Program-made: the position numbers and the translations under genes
The notes under the pieces: generated by a model
What the model was told of the DNA's origin: nothing
Seen by the model: only the letters and a program-made list of their open reading frames with translations
The model's database searches: none
Sequence record: SRR22947725_2636
Reading direction: 5' to 3' (one strand)
Length of the DNA stretch: 48,446 nucleotides
In this document: positions 1 through 12,156 of the stretch, in pieces
Numbering within the stretch: position 1 is the first letter of the stretch
How the letters are laid out: each line of letters opens with the position of its first letter

Positions 1-288
1 AATTGTATTATTAATTTTATGTGCACCAGTATGATTTAAGTCCTCACGCTTCAGATAAATTTTTGCACCGCCAATCTTTTTAGTCAGGTTTTCTGCGAAG
101 TAGAGTGGCGTTTTACGCCCAACATAGTGTTTAAGATCATCCTCAAACTCTTTAAGGAAGTCTGGATCATCTTTAAATTTCTCATAGGCCTCTTTTAACT
201 CTGTGACTGCTGTCATCAGAGTTTCGGCAACAAAGATTCCACCGTATTGATCAAAATGACCTTTTTCGTCAGGAAGGTTATAGCTCAT
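1..288 (-). CDS. trpB: Tryptophan synthase beta chain, N-terminal 96 aa (runs off window edge)
   Basis: Manual translation from ATG at 288: [25 protein letters not shown]...[14 protein letters not shown]...[20 protein letters not shown], containing the PLP-lysine motif [12 protein letters not shown] overlap with the trpF stop. Not in the ORF track. Confidence 0.97.
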   Translation of the reverse strand, partial: MSYNLPDEKGHFDQYGGIFVAETLMTAVTELKEAYEKFKDDPDFLKEFEDDLKHYVGRKTPLYFAENLTKKIGGAKIYLKREDLNHTGAHKINNTI

Positions 289-896
289 GAATTGGTATGT
301 CTGATAAAAGCTTCTATTTTATCAATATCCTTAACTCCTGGTGCACTTTCCACGCCACTTGAAGCATCAACTGCATATGGATTTACTTGTTTAATTGCAT
401 CGGCTACATTGTCAACAGTTAAGCCACCAGCCAAAATAATTGGCAATGATATTTTGACACACGCCAATGACCAATCAAAAGACTCACCGGTTCCTCCATA
501 ACTTGAAGGGCTGAAAGAATCTAAAAGGAGTGCGCTAGCTGATGAAAAATTTTCAGCTATTTCTTTAACATTAGTGTCTGGTTTTACGCGTAAAGACTTG
601 ATAAATGGCATTTGATATTGAGCACAATCAAGAACACTTTCATCACCATGAAACTGAAGAGTATCAAGAGGTACCTCACAAAGAATCTCATCAATAAAGC
701 TGGGGTTAGCATTAACAAATAAACCCACTCTATTTATGAAAGGAGGAAGCGCTTCAATTATTTTTTGAGCAGAATGGATATCTACATTTCGTGGAGATTT
801 ATCATAAAAAACCAGGCCGATTGCATCAACGCCGGCTAAGGCAGCATCTCTGGCATTATTAGGCTCAGTAAATCCACAAATTTTTACCTTAGTCAT
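285..896 (-). CDS. trpF: Phosphoribosylanthranilate isomerase
   Basis: [38 protein letters not shown] motifs; directly upstream of trpB. Confidence 0.97.
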   Translation of the reverse strand: MTKVKICGFTEPNNARDAALAGVDAIGLVFYDKSPRNVDIHSAQKIIEALPPFINRVGLFVNANPSFIDEILCEVPLDTLQFHGDESVLDCAQYQMPFIKSLRVKPDTNVKEIAENFSSASALLLDSFSPSSYGGTGESFDWSLACVKISLPIILAGGLTVDNVADAIKQVNPYAVDASSGVESAPGVKDIDKIEAFIRHTNS

Positions 897-978
897 TAGC
901 TAAATCAATTTCTTTAAAAGAATGATTTTCTCATAGCCTCGCTATGTAATGAATACAATTAAGGAATGAACTTAAAAT

Positions 979-3333
979 TTAACTAGAAGCTTTTTTTTTG
1001 GCAGGCGCTTTCTTTTTAGATTTTTTTACTTTAGCTTTTTTGGCTTTAATTTTTCCCTCTATAGCTTTTTTGCACTCCTCAAGGGATAAGTCTGCTGGCT
1101 CTTTGTCACCAAAAACTTTTTGAACAGTGACATTTTTTTGACCTTTGCCTCGCTTTTTACCATTCCAAATATATGGACCAAAACGACCATTCAAAACCTG
1201 AATTTCAGAGTCTTCAAATACCTTTATTATTCTTTCAGCATCGAATTTTTCTTTTGCAGCAATAAGCTCTAATGCAGTCTCTAAAGAAACCTCTTCTGGT
1301 GAGACCTCTTTCAAAGAGACATACTTTTTTCCATATTGAATATATGGACCAAAACGTCCATAATTAGCCTTAATTACTTCACCACCATCTGTCTCTCCAA
1401 CAGTTCGAGGCATTTTGAAAAGCTCTATTGCTTCATCAAGTGATATATTTTCAATGTCTTGCCCTGTTCTAAGTGAAGCAAAAGTTGGTTTTTCCTCATC
1501 ATCTTGAGTACCAATCTGAGCATAAGCACCATATCGACCGAATCGCACACTTACTGGCTTACCAGAAACTGGATCTTCTCCTAAGTCCCTCTTTCCATGG
1601 GTTTCATCTCGCGAAATATCCTTAGCAAGCTCTATTTGCTCATGAAAGGGTTCATAAAAATTTCGAATTACGCCTGCCCATGGCTTGGATTCTTCAGCAA
1701 TAAGGTCAAAGTCACTTTCAAGATTAGCTGTAAACTCATACCCAATAATATTTCTAAAGTTTTTAACCAAAAAATCAACTAAGAGGTAGGCTACATTTGT
1801 TGGGAATAACTTATTTTTTTCAGCCCCTGTGTTCTCAGTTTGCGTCAATTGTGAGATAACACCATCTGCAATTTCTATCATTTGATACTCTCGTTGAACA
1901 CCTTCTCTAGTATCTTTGACAACATAATTTCTATCTTGAACTGTTGTAATCATTGTTGCAAATGTTGACGGTCTTCCAATCCCCATTTGCTCAATCTCTT
2001 TAACTAATGAGGCTTCAGTGTATCTTGGTTTTGCTCTAGAGAATGACTCTCTAGAACTCATATCCATGAGAGTGAGCTCATCGCCCTTAGACACCTCAGG
2101 CAACAATTTATCTTCAGCAGCAATGTAATCATAAACCTCAAGAAATCCAGCAAAAGAGAGAATCTCACCATCTGCAATAAAGTTTTCACTTCTTTCCGAG
2201 ATACTAATATTGATTTTAGTTTTTTGTAACTGGGCATCACTCATTTGAGACGCCAATGTCCGTTTATAAATTAAAGAATACAATTTTGCTGACTGATCAT
2301 CTAATCCCAAAATAGTTGGCTTAGTTAGATCCGTTGGTCTGATTGCTTCATGCGCCTCTTGAGCACCAGTGGAACTTGTCTTATATCTTCTGGCCTGATG
2401 AAAATCCTTGCCATATTTAGAAATAATTTCATCTTGGGCCGCTGAAATTGCCACTTCAGATAAATTTAACGAGTCAGTTCTCATGTATGTGATTGCACCT
2501 TCACGATATAAGTTTTGCGCAATTGACATAGTCTGCTTGACAGAAAATCCAAGCTTTTGAGATGCCTCTTGTTGCAATGTAGAAGTTATAAATGGCGCTT
2601 TAGGTGACCTTTTAGAAGGCTTAGTGTCAATAGACTCAACAATTAACGTTGACTTCAAAAGAGCCTCTGCAAAAGAAAGCGCCTCTTCCCTGGAGTCAAA
2701 GTCTTTGCCTAGCTTTACCTCAAGGCTTTGACTAGTCTTGTTTACAAGGTTTGCTTTAACTTTATAAGTGCTAACAGGAGAGTGTGCAGAGATTTCACGT
2801 TCACGCTCAACCACCAATCTCACAACTGGAGACTGAACTCTGCCAGCAGAGCGTGCTCCAGAAATTTTACGCCATAGCACTGGTGAGATTTCAAAGCCAA
2901 CAAGTCTGTCAATAATGCGCCTGGCTTGCTGCGCATTAACAAGATCAGTATTTATTGTTCTTGGGTTGCTAATTGCATCGGTAATAGCACCCTTGGTTAT
3001 CTCATGAAAAACAATCCTTGGAGTATCCTCAGCTAAGGAAAGCGCTTGTTGCAAATGCCATGCAATGGCCTCTCCCTCTCTGTCCTCATCAGTTGCAAGA
3101 TAAATTTTCTCAGCAGTTTTAGCAGATTTTTTAAGATCAGCAACTACTTTTTTCTTATCCGCACTGATAGCGTAGGTTGGCTGGAAGTCATTCTCTATAT
3201 TGACACCCATATCTTTCTTTGGCATGTCTCGAATATGACCTATGCTTGACTTAACAACATAGTCTGCGCCTAAGAACTTTTCAATTGTTTTTGCTTTCGC
3301 CGGTGATTCGACAATAACAAGATTTTTTGACAT
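979..3333 (-). CDS. topA: DNA topoisomerase I (type IA) with zinc-free C-terminal repeats and Lys-rich tail
   Basis: LVIVESPAKAKTI, ATDEDREGEAIAWH, SAGRVQS, ITYMRTDS (catalytic Tyr), QEAHEAIRPT, GIGRPST; three GR(Y/F)G(A/P)Y repeats. Confidence 0.97.
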   Translation of the reverse strand: MSKNLVIVESPAKAKTIEKFLGADYVVKSSIGHIRDMPKKDMGVNIENDFQPTYAISADKKKVVADLKKSAKTAEKIYLATDEDREGEAIAWHLQQALSLAEDTPRIVFHEITKGAITDAISNPRTINTDLVNAQQARRIIDRLVGFEISPVLWRKISGARSAGRVQSPVVRLVVEREREISAHSPVSTYKVKANLVNKTSQSLEVKLGKDFDSREEALSFAEALLKSTLIVESIDTKPSKRSPKAPFITSTLQQEASQKLGFSVKQTMSIAQNLYREGAITYMRTDSLNLSEVAISAAQDEIISKYGKDFHQARRYKTSSTGAQEAHEAIRPTDLTKPTILGLDDQSAKLYSLIYKRTLASQMSDAQLQKTKINISISERSENFIADGEILSFAGFLEVYDYIAAEDKLLPEVSKGDELTLMDMSSRESFSRAKPRYTEASLVKEIEQMGIGRPSTFATMITTVQDRNYVVKDTREGVQREYQMIEIADGVISQLTQTENTGAEKNKLFPTNVAYLLVDFLVKNFRNIIGYEFTANLESDFDLIAEESKPWAGVIRNFYEPFHEQIELAKDISRDETHGKRDLGEDPVSGKPVSVRFGRYGAYAQIGTQDDEEKPTFASLRTGQDIENISLDEAIELFKMPRTVGETDGGEVIKANYGRFGPYIQYGKKYVSLKEVSPEEVSLETALELIAAKEKFDAERIIKVFEDSEIQVLNGRFGPYIWNGKKRGKGQKNVTVQKVFGDKEPADLSLEECKKAIEGKIKAKKAKVKKSKKKAPAKKKASS

Positions 3334-3341
3334 AAGAAGAC

Positions 3342-3830
3342 CTACTGAAGGGTAGGGTTATCATCATAAAACACAATAGATTCAATCCATTGTGACGGAA
3401 CAGCAGATTCAGCACTATTTCCGATAACCATCATAACCACCCATTTCAAGTCATCAATACTTAATTTGGAGTCCTCTAGGGACATTACTTGATCAATAAC
3501 TATTTCTCTTTGGCTCGCATTGAGTTGGCCCATATTTTCCATAAACATTATGAATCCTCTGGCTCTAGAATCTAGTTTTGTTTTTTCTAGATCATTGTAG
3601 ATTCTCATGGAATTATGCACTGTATTGAAACTTGCAATTTTTCCATCTTGAAGTGCGGCAATATTCTCAAGCCAAACTAAAGCTTTTTCAATTCGATCCG
3701 AATCAAATCCTGCCTCAGAAAGATGAGTTTTTAATAGATCATCATCCAACTCTTGCGTCGAGTCTTGCTCAGCCGACTCAAACAAAAAATCAAACATAAA
3801 GGTGAGCACATCAAGAATATTATTAGTCAT
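3342..3830 (-). CDS. smg: Smg / DUF494 family protein
   Basis: ILDVLTFMFD, L.EAGF..RIEKAL.WL, MRIY..LE..KLD..RGFI, QRE.VIDQVM.L, DDLKWVVMMV; usual position upstream of topA. Confidence 0.9.
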   Translation of the reverse strand: MTNNILDVLTFMFDFLFESAEQDSTQELDDDLLKTHLSEAGFDSDRIEKALVWLENIAALQDGKIASFNTVHNSMRIYNDLEKTKLDSRARGFIMFMENMGQLNASQREIVIDQVMSLEDSKLSIDDLKWVVMMVIGNSAESAVPSQWIESIVFYDDNPTLQ

Positions 3831-4006
3831 AAGGCCTCATCGAATTTACAGATATTTACTTAATAATTATTTTAAGACCCAATATTAGAAACTTAAAGGT
3901 GTCTTTCTTTTGGTATTACTTGTGGGCAACAATCCCTTTTTTCAACCTCTATACAAGTTATAAAGTGTATACAAAATTTAAGTAACTAATTATTTGTTAC
4001 CTTTCA

Positions 4007-4015
4007 TTATCCACA
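4007..4015 (+). promoter_or_regulatory. Perfect DnaA box TTATCCACA
   Basis: Exact consensus match in the smg/rpmH divergent intergenic region; 7/9 matches at 3921-3929 and 3964-3972 on the opposite strand. Confidence 0.6.
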
Positions 4016-4096
4016 TCTTTACAAAGAGTGGGCTTAATCTAGCTACGAATAGCAAAGAAACTCTTATTTATCAGGCTTACTGAATCAAATCAAGTA

Positions 4097-4105
4097 TGGT
4101 AAAAT
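4097..4105 (+). promoter_or_regulatory. Extended -10 promoter element for the rpmH operon
   Basis: TGgTAAAAT about 30 bp upstream of the rpmH ATG. Confidence 0.5.
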
Positions 4106-4134
4106 TGCAAACTTTTTGTTGGCATACATAGATT

Positions 4135-4269
4135 ATGAAAAGAACTTTCCAACCCAGCGTACTAAAACGCAAACGTAATCATGGCTTTAGAGCCAGAATG
4201 AAAACTCGATCAGGACGTGCCATATTAAGTGCACGAAGAAAAAAAGGGCGTAAGCGCTTAGCAGCATAA
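4135..4269 (+). CDS. rpmH: 50S ribosomal protein L34
   Basis: Manual translation [44 protein letters not shown] (44 aa, below the ORF-track cutoff); upstream of rnpA. Confidence 0.99.
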   Translation: MKRTFQPSVLKRKRNHGFRARMKTRSGRAILSARRKKGRKRLAA

Positions 4270-4273
4270 ATAA

Positions 4274-4627
4274 ATGTCCAGCTCGCTCGCTCATAGTGTG
4301 CGTATTACAAATGCAAAAGAGTTCGCTCACGTTTTCAAAAAAGGCTTTCACTCCCAAAGTAAGTTCTGGAAAATAGTTGCTAATGACTCTGGTAATGGTT
4401 TCTCAAGACTGGGCCTTGCCATATCCAAAAAAGAATATAAAAGGGCTGTTGACAGAAACCTATTTAAACGTCTTGCTCGTGAAACTTTTAGAAAAAATCA
4501 AGATAATTTAGACCATCTAGACTTTGTTGTAATGGCTAAAAAATCTAAGTCTAAAAACAATAGTGAATTAACCTTAGATTTGATTACTCTTATGAAAAAT
4601 GCTAAAACGAAGGCAAAAACTCAATGA
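4274..4627 (+). CDS. rnpA: Ribonuclease P protein component
   Basis: RLGLAISKK..KRAVDRNLFKRLARETFR (RNR-type motif); rpmH-rnpA-yidD-yidC synteny. Confidence 0.96.
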   Translation: MSSSLAHSVRITNAKEFAHVFKKGFHSQSKFWKIVANDSGNGFSRLGLAISKKEYKRAVDRNLFKRLARETFRKNQDNLDHLDFVVMAKKSKSKNNSELTLDLITLMKNAKTKAKTQ

Positions 4628-4839
4628 AATATTTGCTTCTACCTCTTATTAAGATTTATCAATGGCTAGTTAGTCCTATTCTAGGAAATAATTGTCGTCA
4701 TATTCCAACATGCTCTGAATATACGTTTGATGCTATCAAATATCATGGTGCGATAAAAGGTGTGGCTCTTGGAGCAAAAAGAATAAGTAAATGCCATCCA
4801 TGGTCTGAAGCTAGCTTTGACCCAGTCCCAAAAAAATAA
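4624..4839 (+). CDS. yidD: Membrane protein insertion efficiency factor
   Basis: YQ..VSP..G.NCRHIPTCSEY...HG.IKG...RISKCHPW...FDPVP. Confidence 0.96.
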   Translation: MKYLLLPLIKIYQWLVSPILGNNCRHIPTCSEYTFDAIKYHGAIKGVALGAKRISKCHPWSEASFDPVPKK

Positions 4840-4859
4840 TTTAAAAAATTTAATACTCT

Positions 4860-6503
4860 ATGAATACTCAAAAACTCTTTCTCTTTATAGCAATTTTTTT
4901 AACAGTCTTTCTTCTTTGGGACAAGTGGGAGCTCACTCAATCGACTGATGCAAATGGTAATGTAATATCCCAAACTCAACTGATTGATAATAGCTCATTA
5001 AGCGAAAAGACTGATATTCCTCTTGCAAGTGACGTTCCTGTTGCTGAGGTTTCAATATCTGATGACTCAACTCCATCAGTAAGCGAGTCAAATATTAATA
5101 GTGCGTATACAACTGTTGTTACAGATCTTTTAACAGTTCAAATTTCCCATAAGGGTGGAACAATAATTAGTGCCTACCTAAATGAATATCCAAACTCTCT
5201 AAACTCTGAAGACAAATTTCAGTTGCTTAGCAACTCTCCAGACAATATTTTTCATGCGCAGAGTGGATTAATTCCAGCAGAGCAAATGCCTACTCATCAA
5301 GATGAATATTTCTCTGAAAGGCAAGATTATTTCTTACAAGGCGGCAATGAATTAGTTGTCCCGCTAAAGTGGACAGGAAGCAATGGTCTTAGTGTTACTA
5401 AAAACTTCCGCTTCAAACCAAACAGCTACATTATTGAAATAGACTATGAGATTAGTAATAATAGTTCTTCTGATCAAGTAGTAAGTAGCTATACACAACT
5501 AGCTCATGGTACTCCTCAAAAATCTGGTAGTTTCATGATGGGCATGCAAAACTTTAATGGTGGTGCAGTCTACAACGATGAGGAAATTTTTGAAAAAATT
5601 GACTTTGAGGACTTTGATTCTACCCCTAAAATGGTATCAGTTGGTGGATGGGCTGCTATGATTCAGCACTACTTTTTTACTGCCTGGATTCCCAATGAAA
5701 AAGAAAAGCATACCTTCTCAACCAAATCAAGCAGAAATAACTATTTACTAACAACAGTAAACCCAGGTGTAAGTATTGCAGCAGGCACTACTACCAATAT
5801 TGGGAAAAACCAACTCTATATTGGCCCTAAAGAACATGTTCGACTTGAACAGTTAGCTCCAGGCCTTGACAAGACTGTTGACTATGGCTTTCTATTTATA
5901 GTTGCTAAGCCTTTATCAGTTTTCTTGCACTGGATCTATAGTTTTGTTCAAAACTGGGCTATTTCAATAATTCTAGTTACTTTAGCTATAAAACTTGCTT
6001 TCTATAAGCTTTCGGAGAAATCATTTCGCTCGATGGCAGGAATGAAAAAACTTGCGCCAAGACTTCAAAAAATCAAAGAAACATATGAGGGTGATAAACA
6101 GAAAATTGGCAAAAAGACAATGGAGCTATACAGAACAGAAAAAATCAATCCTGCTGCGGGTTGTCTACCAATCCTAGTTCAAATCCCTGTATTTATATCA
6201 ATTTACTGGGTCCTTATTGAAATGGTGGAGCTCCGCCAAACACCATTCTTGTACTTGCCAGATTTAGCGGCTAAAGATCCTTTCTTTATCTTGCCACTTA
6301 TTATGGGCGCGTCAATGTGGTTCCAGCAAAGGCTTAATCCGCCTCCTGCAGATCCAATCCAGGCAAGAATAATGCAGATGCTTCCGGTTGTATTTACTGT
6401 TTTCTTCCTTTGGTTCCCTTCAGGACTAGTATTATATTGGGTTACCAATAACGTGCTGTCAATTGCACAACAAGTATATATCAATAAAAAAATTAATGGA
6501 TAA
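4860..6503 (+). CDS. yidC: Membrane protein insertase
   Basis: N-terminal TM, periplasmic domain (GWAAMIQHYF), VDYG, INPAAGCLPILVQIPVF, FPSGLVLYW. Confidence 0.98.
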   Translation: MNTQKLFLFIAIFLTVFLLWDKWELTQSTDANGNVISQTQLIDNSSLSEKTDIPLASDVPVAEVSISDDSTPSVSESNINSAYTTVVTDLLTVQISHKGGTIISAYLNEYPNSLNSEDKFQLLSNSPDNIFHAQSGLIPAEQMPTHQDEYFSERQDYFLQGGNELVVPLKWTGSNGLSVTKNFRFKPNSYIIEIDYEISNNSSSDQVVSSYTQLAHGTPQKSGSFMMGMQNFNGGAVYNDEEIFEKIDFEDFDSTPKMVSVGGWAAMIQHYFFTAWIPNEKEKHTFSTKSSRNNYLLTTVNPGVSIAAGTTTNIGKNQLYIGPKEHVRLEQLAPGLDKTVDYGFLFIVAKPLSVFLHWIYSFVQNWAISIILVTLAIKLAFYKLSEKSFRSMAGMKKLAPRLQKIKETYEGDKQKIGKKTMELYRTEKINPAAGCLPILVQIPVFISIYWVLIEMVELRQTPFLYLPDLAAKDPFFILPLIMGASMWFQQRLNPPPADPIQARIMQMLPVVFTVFFLWFPSGLVLYWVTNNVLSIAQQVYINKKING

Positions 6504-6513
6504 CTACTAATTT

Positions 6514-7047
6514 ATGAATGGTAATAAAAAAGCTAGCAGTATTGCCAAGAACATCAAACTATTAATCTTAGATGTAGATGGGGTTCTAACTGATGGGGGG
6601 ATATATTTTGATGACAATGGCACTGAACATAAAAAATTTGATTCACAAGATGGTTGTGGGATCAAGTTATTAGAATTATCTGGCGTTGAAGTTGCAATCA
6701 TTACTGCAAGAAGTACCAAGTCTGTTGCTCATAGGCTAAACACCCTTGGTATCAAAAATTATTATCATGGGATTAAAGATAAAGGCGTTGCTTTAAAAGA
6801 ACTATCAGACAAACTATCTATCGATCTCAATGAGTCAGCCTTTGTAGGAGATGATGTCATCGACCTGCCAGCTATGTCAAAAGTTGCTTTACCTATTGCT
6901 GTTGCAAATGCTCACTCTTTTGTAAAAGAAAATGCATTGATGGTCACAGAAAAGGCTGGAGGCTCTGGAGCTGTTAGAGAGGTTTGTGATTTTTTATTAA
7001 AATCACAAAATAAATATGATGACCTAATGCAGTCATTTTTAAAATGA
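6514..7047 (+). CDS. kdsC: KDO 8-phosphate phosphatase (HAD family)
   Basis: LDVDGVLTDG, F..QDG.GI, FVGDDVIDLP, GG.GAVREVCD. Confidence 0.92.
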   Translation: MNGNKKASSIAKNIKLLILDVDGVLTDGGIYFDDNGTEHKKFDSQDGCGIKLLELSGVEVAIITARSTKSVAHRLNTLGIKNYYHGIKDKGVALKELSDKLSIDLNESAFVGDDVIDLPAMSKVALPIAVANAHSFVKENALMVTEKAGGSGAVREVCDFLLKSQNKYDDLMQSFLK

Positions 7048-7349
7048 CTCCATTTCAATCAGAATGTTATAAAGCACTCGAAAAAGTTCCGCCTGGTAAA
7101 GTGATTTCATACGCTGGTCTTGCGGAGATGATAGGAAGGCCAAAAGCTCATCGAGCTGTTGGAAGCGCCATGAATAAAAACCCTTTTGCGCCTAAAGTAC
7201 CTTGTCACAGAGTGGTGAAGTCGAATGGAGAAATAGGTGGTTTTGCAGATGATATTAACGTGAAAATAAAACGCCTTCATAAAGAAGGCGTTGAAGTACT
7301 AGATAATAAGATTGTTAACTTTAAGTCTATTTTATTTAGCGAGTCTTAA
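7044..7349 (+). CDS. Single-domain O6-methylguanine-DNA methyltransferase (MGMT family)
   Basis: VP.GKVISY..LA..IG.P.A.RAVG.AM.KNP and active-site PCHRV. Confidence 0.9.
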   Translation: MTPFQSECYKALEKVPPGKVISYAGLAEMIGRPKAHRAVGSAMNKNPFAPKVPCHRVVKSNGEIGGFADDINVKIKRLHKEGVEVLDNKIVNFKSILFSES

Positions 7350-7762
7350 CGCTTTTTACTTCTCATCTTAGTGATCATTTGAAGCTGAGCCATTGCATCT
7401 GCCAATGCAGCTTGAGTAGTTGTTACATCCTGATCGCCTTGAGAATTAGACATAGCTTCTTCAGCTCTTTGTTTTGCCTCAAGTGCTTTGGACTCATCTA
7501 AATCATTTGCACGAATAGCAGTGTCAGAGAAGATTGTAACCGTACCAGGCTGAACCTCAATAATCCCTCCTGAGACAAAGATTGACTCCATGCCACTCTC
7601 TGTTTCAACCCTCACCTCACCAGGTTTGAGCGTGCTAATTAGTGGAACATGCATTGGATAAACACCAATCTCGCCCATTGAAGCTGGCGCAAAAACACAC
7701 TTCGCCTCTCCTGAGTATATTTCCTCAGTTGCACTAACTACATCAACATGTATTACTGACAT
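7346..7762 (-). CDS. atpC: ATP synthase F1 epsilon subunit
   Basis: IHVDVVSA, GEIGV.P.H.PLI..LKPG, FVSGG.IEVQP; last gene of the atp operon. Confidence 0.98.
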   Translation of the reverse strand: MSVIHVDVVSATEEIYSGEAKCVFAPASMGEIGVYPMHVPLISTLKPGEVRVETESGMESIFVSGGIIEVQPGTVTIFSDTAIRANDLDESKALEAKQRAEEAMSNSQGDQDVTTTQAALADAMAQLQMITKMRSKKR

Positions 7763-9157
<1,395 letters not shown>

Positions 9158-9165
9158 TTAAATCT

Positions 9166-10029
9166 TTAAACAGCCGCAGCACCCGCTACAATCTCAGAAA
9201 TTTCCTGAGTAATAGCAGCCTGTCTTGCCTTGTTATAAATCAATTGAAGATCGTTAATCATATCTCCAGCATTTTCTGTAGCACTATGCATTGCTATCAT
9301 CCTTGAAGATTGCTCACAAGCAATATTTTCTACAATTCCTTGATAAACTAACGCTTCAATATAACGAACCAATAATGCGCTTAGCGCACTCTCTGCATCT
9401 GGTTCATAAATATAGTCCCAGTAGTGGTCCATACTTTCTTCTTCAGTAACCTCCATTGGAACAATTTGCTTAACAGTCGGGACTTGTGACATAGTGCTTG
9501 CAAATCTATTGTAAGCAATCATAATCTGGTCAATCTCACCAGCATCATAGCGGTCCAACATTACCTTAATTGCACCTAAAAGGTCATCAAAATGAGGCGT
9601 ATCCCCTAAATCCGTGAGTACAGAGTTGATTGTTAATCCAGTGTTCTTGAAGAATGAGGTAGCTTTTTTACCAATTGTACAAAGCTCAACATCAACCTTA
9701 TCTGATTGCCAAGCCGCGATATCTTTTAGAAGACTTCTAAATAGATTTGTATTAAGGCCTCCACACAAACCTCTATCACTTGAAATTATAATAATTCCAA
9801 CACGCTTATTTTCTTCAGAAGCAGTCATGTAAGGGTGCTTGAACTCTGAATTTGCATGGGTTAAGTGACCAATAACATTAAGGATTTTTTCAGAGTATGG
9901 TCTAGATGCAAGCATTCTATCTTGTGCCTTCTTCATCTTAGATGCTGCAACCATTTCCATAGCCGAAGTAATCTTCTGAGTATTTTTAATACTCGCTATT
10001 TGGGTCCTAATTTCCTTGCCTACTGCCAT
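9166..10029 (-). CDS. atpG: ATP synthase F1 gamma subunit
   Basis: [38 protein letters not shown]. Confidence 0.99.
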   Translation of the reverse strand: MAVGKEIRTQIASIKNTQKITSAMEMVAASKMKKAQDRMLASRPYSEKILNVIGHLTHANSEFKHPYMTASEENKRVGIIIISSDRGLCGGLNTNLFRSLLKDIAAWQSDKVDVELCTIGKKATSFFKNTGLTINSVLTDLGDTPHFDDLLGAIKVMLDRYDAGEIDQIMIAYNRFASTMSQVPTVKQIVPMEVTEEESMDHYWDYIYEPDAESALSALLVRYIEALVYQGIVENIACEQSSRMIAMHSATENAGDMINDLQLIYNKARQAAITQEISEIVAGAAAV

Positions 10030-10035
10030 CTCTGT

Positions 10036-11577
10036 CTACCAAGTATTATTAGCTTTAAAGTCATCAATCGCTGCCTGAAGTTTTGCCGCAATATCATCAT
10101 TGTAGTCACCAGACTCGTTAATAGAATCCATCAAATCTTTCTGACTTGTATTCATATATGCCAAAAGTGCCGCCTCGAATGCCACGACTTTATTTGCCTC
10201 AACATCATCAAGTGCTCCTGAGTTAGCAGCAAAAAGTGAAGTTGCAGTTTCAGCAACATTTAATGGTGAGTATTGCGCTTGCTTCATTAGCTCTGTTACA
10301 CGGATTCCTCGATCGATCTGAGCTTTAGTCTCAGCATCTAGATCAGATGCAAACTGAGCAAAAGCGGCCAATTCACGATACTGTGCTAGGTCAAGACGAA
10401 TACTACCTCCTAGCTTCTTAACAGCTTTAGTTTGTGCTGCACCGCCCACTCTTGATACTGAAAGACCGGCATTAATCGCAGGACGAATACCTGAGTTAAA
10501 TAAATCTGTCTCTAAGAAGATTTGACCATCAGTAATTGAAATTACATTTGTTGGAACAAAAGCTGATACGTCACCAGCTTGAGTTTCAATGATAGGCAGA
10601 GCAGTCAAAGAACCCGTCTTACCCTTAACCTCTCCATTTGTTACCTTTTCAACATAATCAGCGTTAACTCTTGAAGCTCTCTCGAGTAAACGCGAGTGTA
10701 GATAGAATACATCACCTGGATATGCTTCACGCCCTGGTGGTCTCTTCAGAAGAAGTGAAACCTGACGATAAGCCCAGGCCTGCTTTGTTAAGTCATCATA
10801 AACAATTAACGCATCCTCTCCACGTTCCATGAAATATTCACCCATCGCACAACCAGCGTAAGGGGCAATATACTGAAGCGCTGCAGAGTCAGAAGCTGAA
10901 GCAGATACAATAATTGTATGGGCTAAAGCGCCATGCTCTTCAAGCTTACGAACAACAGCAGCAATTGATGATGCTTTTTGTCCAATCGCAACATAAATAC
11001 ACTTAACACCTGTATCTTTTTGATTGATAATCGCGTCAATAGCTACAGCAGTTTTTCCAGTTTGACGGTCACCAATAATTAGTTCACGCTGACCACGCCC
11101 AATTGGCACCATTGCATCAATAGCTTTAATACCAGTTTGGATAGGCTGATCAACTGACTGCCTGTCAATTACTCCAGGAGCAACAACCTCAATTGGTCGG
11201 CTTGCACTAGCTTTAATTTCACCCTTGCCCTCTAAATCTTCTCCAAGAGGATTAACAACTCGTCCAAGAAGTTCATTTCCCACTGGGACTTCCATGATAC
11301 GGTTTGTACACTTCACAGTGTCGCCTTCTGAAATATGAAGATAGTCACCTAGTACAACTGCACCAACTGAATCTTGCTCTAAGTTAAGCGCTAAACCAAA
11401 AGTATTTCCAGGGAACTCTAGCATCTCTCCAAACTGAGCATCGGCTAAGCCATGAATACGAACAATTCCATCACTCACACTAATTACTGTGCCCTCTGTT
11501 CGAGCTTCTGCTGAAAAATCAAAGCCCTCTATTTCTTTTTTAATTAAATCACTGATTTCAGAAGCGTTTAATTGCAT
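10036..11577 (-). CDS. atpA: ATP synthase F1 alpha subunit
   Basis: [31 protein letters not shown]. Confidence 0.99.
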   Translation of the reverse strand: MQLNASEISDLIKKEIEGFDFSAEARTEGTVISVSDGIVRIHGLADAQFGEMLEFPGNTFGLALNLEQDSVGAVVLGDYLHISEGDTVKCTNRIMEVPVGNELLGRVVNPLGEDLEGKGEIKASASRPIEVVAPGVIDRQSVDQPIQTGIKAIDAMVPIGRGQRELIIGDRQTGKTAVAIDAIINQKDTGVKCIYVAIGQKASSIAAVVRKLEEHGALAHTIIVSASASDSAALQYIAPYAGCAMGEYFMERGEDALIVYDDLTKQAWAYRQVSLLLKRPPGREAYPGDVFYLHSRLLERASRVNADYVEKVTNGEVKGKTGSLTALPIIETQAGDVSAFVPTNVISITDGQIFLETDLFNSGIRPAINAGLSVSRVGGAAQTKAVKKLGGSIRLDLAQYRELAAFAQFASDLDAETKAQIDRGIRVTELMKQAQYSPLNVAETATSLFAANSGALDDVEANKVVAFEAALLAYMNTSQKDLMDSINESGDYNDDIAAKLQAAIDDFKANNTW

Positions 11578-11598
11578 ACCAAACCTCTCTTTATAAAA

Positions 11599-12147
11599 TT
11601 AATTTACAGACAAAGAGACGCTTAAAGCATCTACTTTTGCCTTAACTGAAGTATCAATTACCTTATCACCTTCCTTGATAATGACACCACCTTTAAGGGT
11701 CAAATCAATTTCAGTTTCAACTGATACGGTTGTTTTGTGTTTATTTGTCAAATCTTCTACTATTGCATTTTGTTCTGCTTCACTTAACTCAAAAGCACTA
11801 ATTACTTTGAAATTTTTGCTCTTGTTAGAATTAGATACAGCAGCCTCAAAAGCATTCGATATACTACTAATTGCAGTTGAACGATCATTATTAAGAATCA
11901 AATTAATAAAGGCAGTTTCTTGCTTGCTGAGATCTTTTGAAGTTACTCTTCCAACTAAAGTAGAAATCAAATCAAATTTTTGATCCTTACTTTTACTAGG
12001 AGATGCAATAAAAGCTTTTGTATTAGCATCGGCCATGACCAAAGTGGTAGCTGACAAAAGCTGACTCCATTCTGTGACAGAATTATTTTGCACAGCAATT
12101 TCAAAAATCGCTTGAGCGTATGGCTTTGCAATTGTTGATAATTCCAT
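11599..12147 (-). CDS. atpH: ATP synthase F1 delta subunit
   Basis: TIAKPYAQAIF, GGVIIK.GD.VID.S; operon position. Confidence 0.96.
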   Translation of the reverse strand: MELSTIAKPYAQAIFEIAVQNNSVTEWSQLLSATTLVMADANTKAFIASPSKSKDQKFDLISTLVGRVTSKDLSKQETAFINLILNNDRSTAISSISNAFEAAVSNSNKSKNFKVISAFELSEAEQNAIVEDLTNKHKTTVSVETEIDLTLKGGVIIKEGDKVIDTSVKAKVDALSVSLSVN

Positions 12148-12156
12148 CTTACCTAC

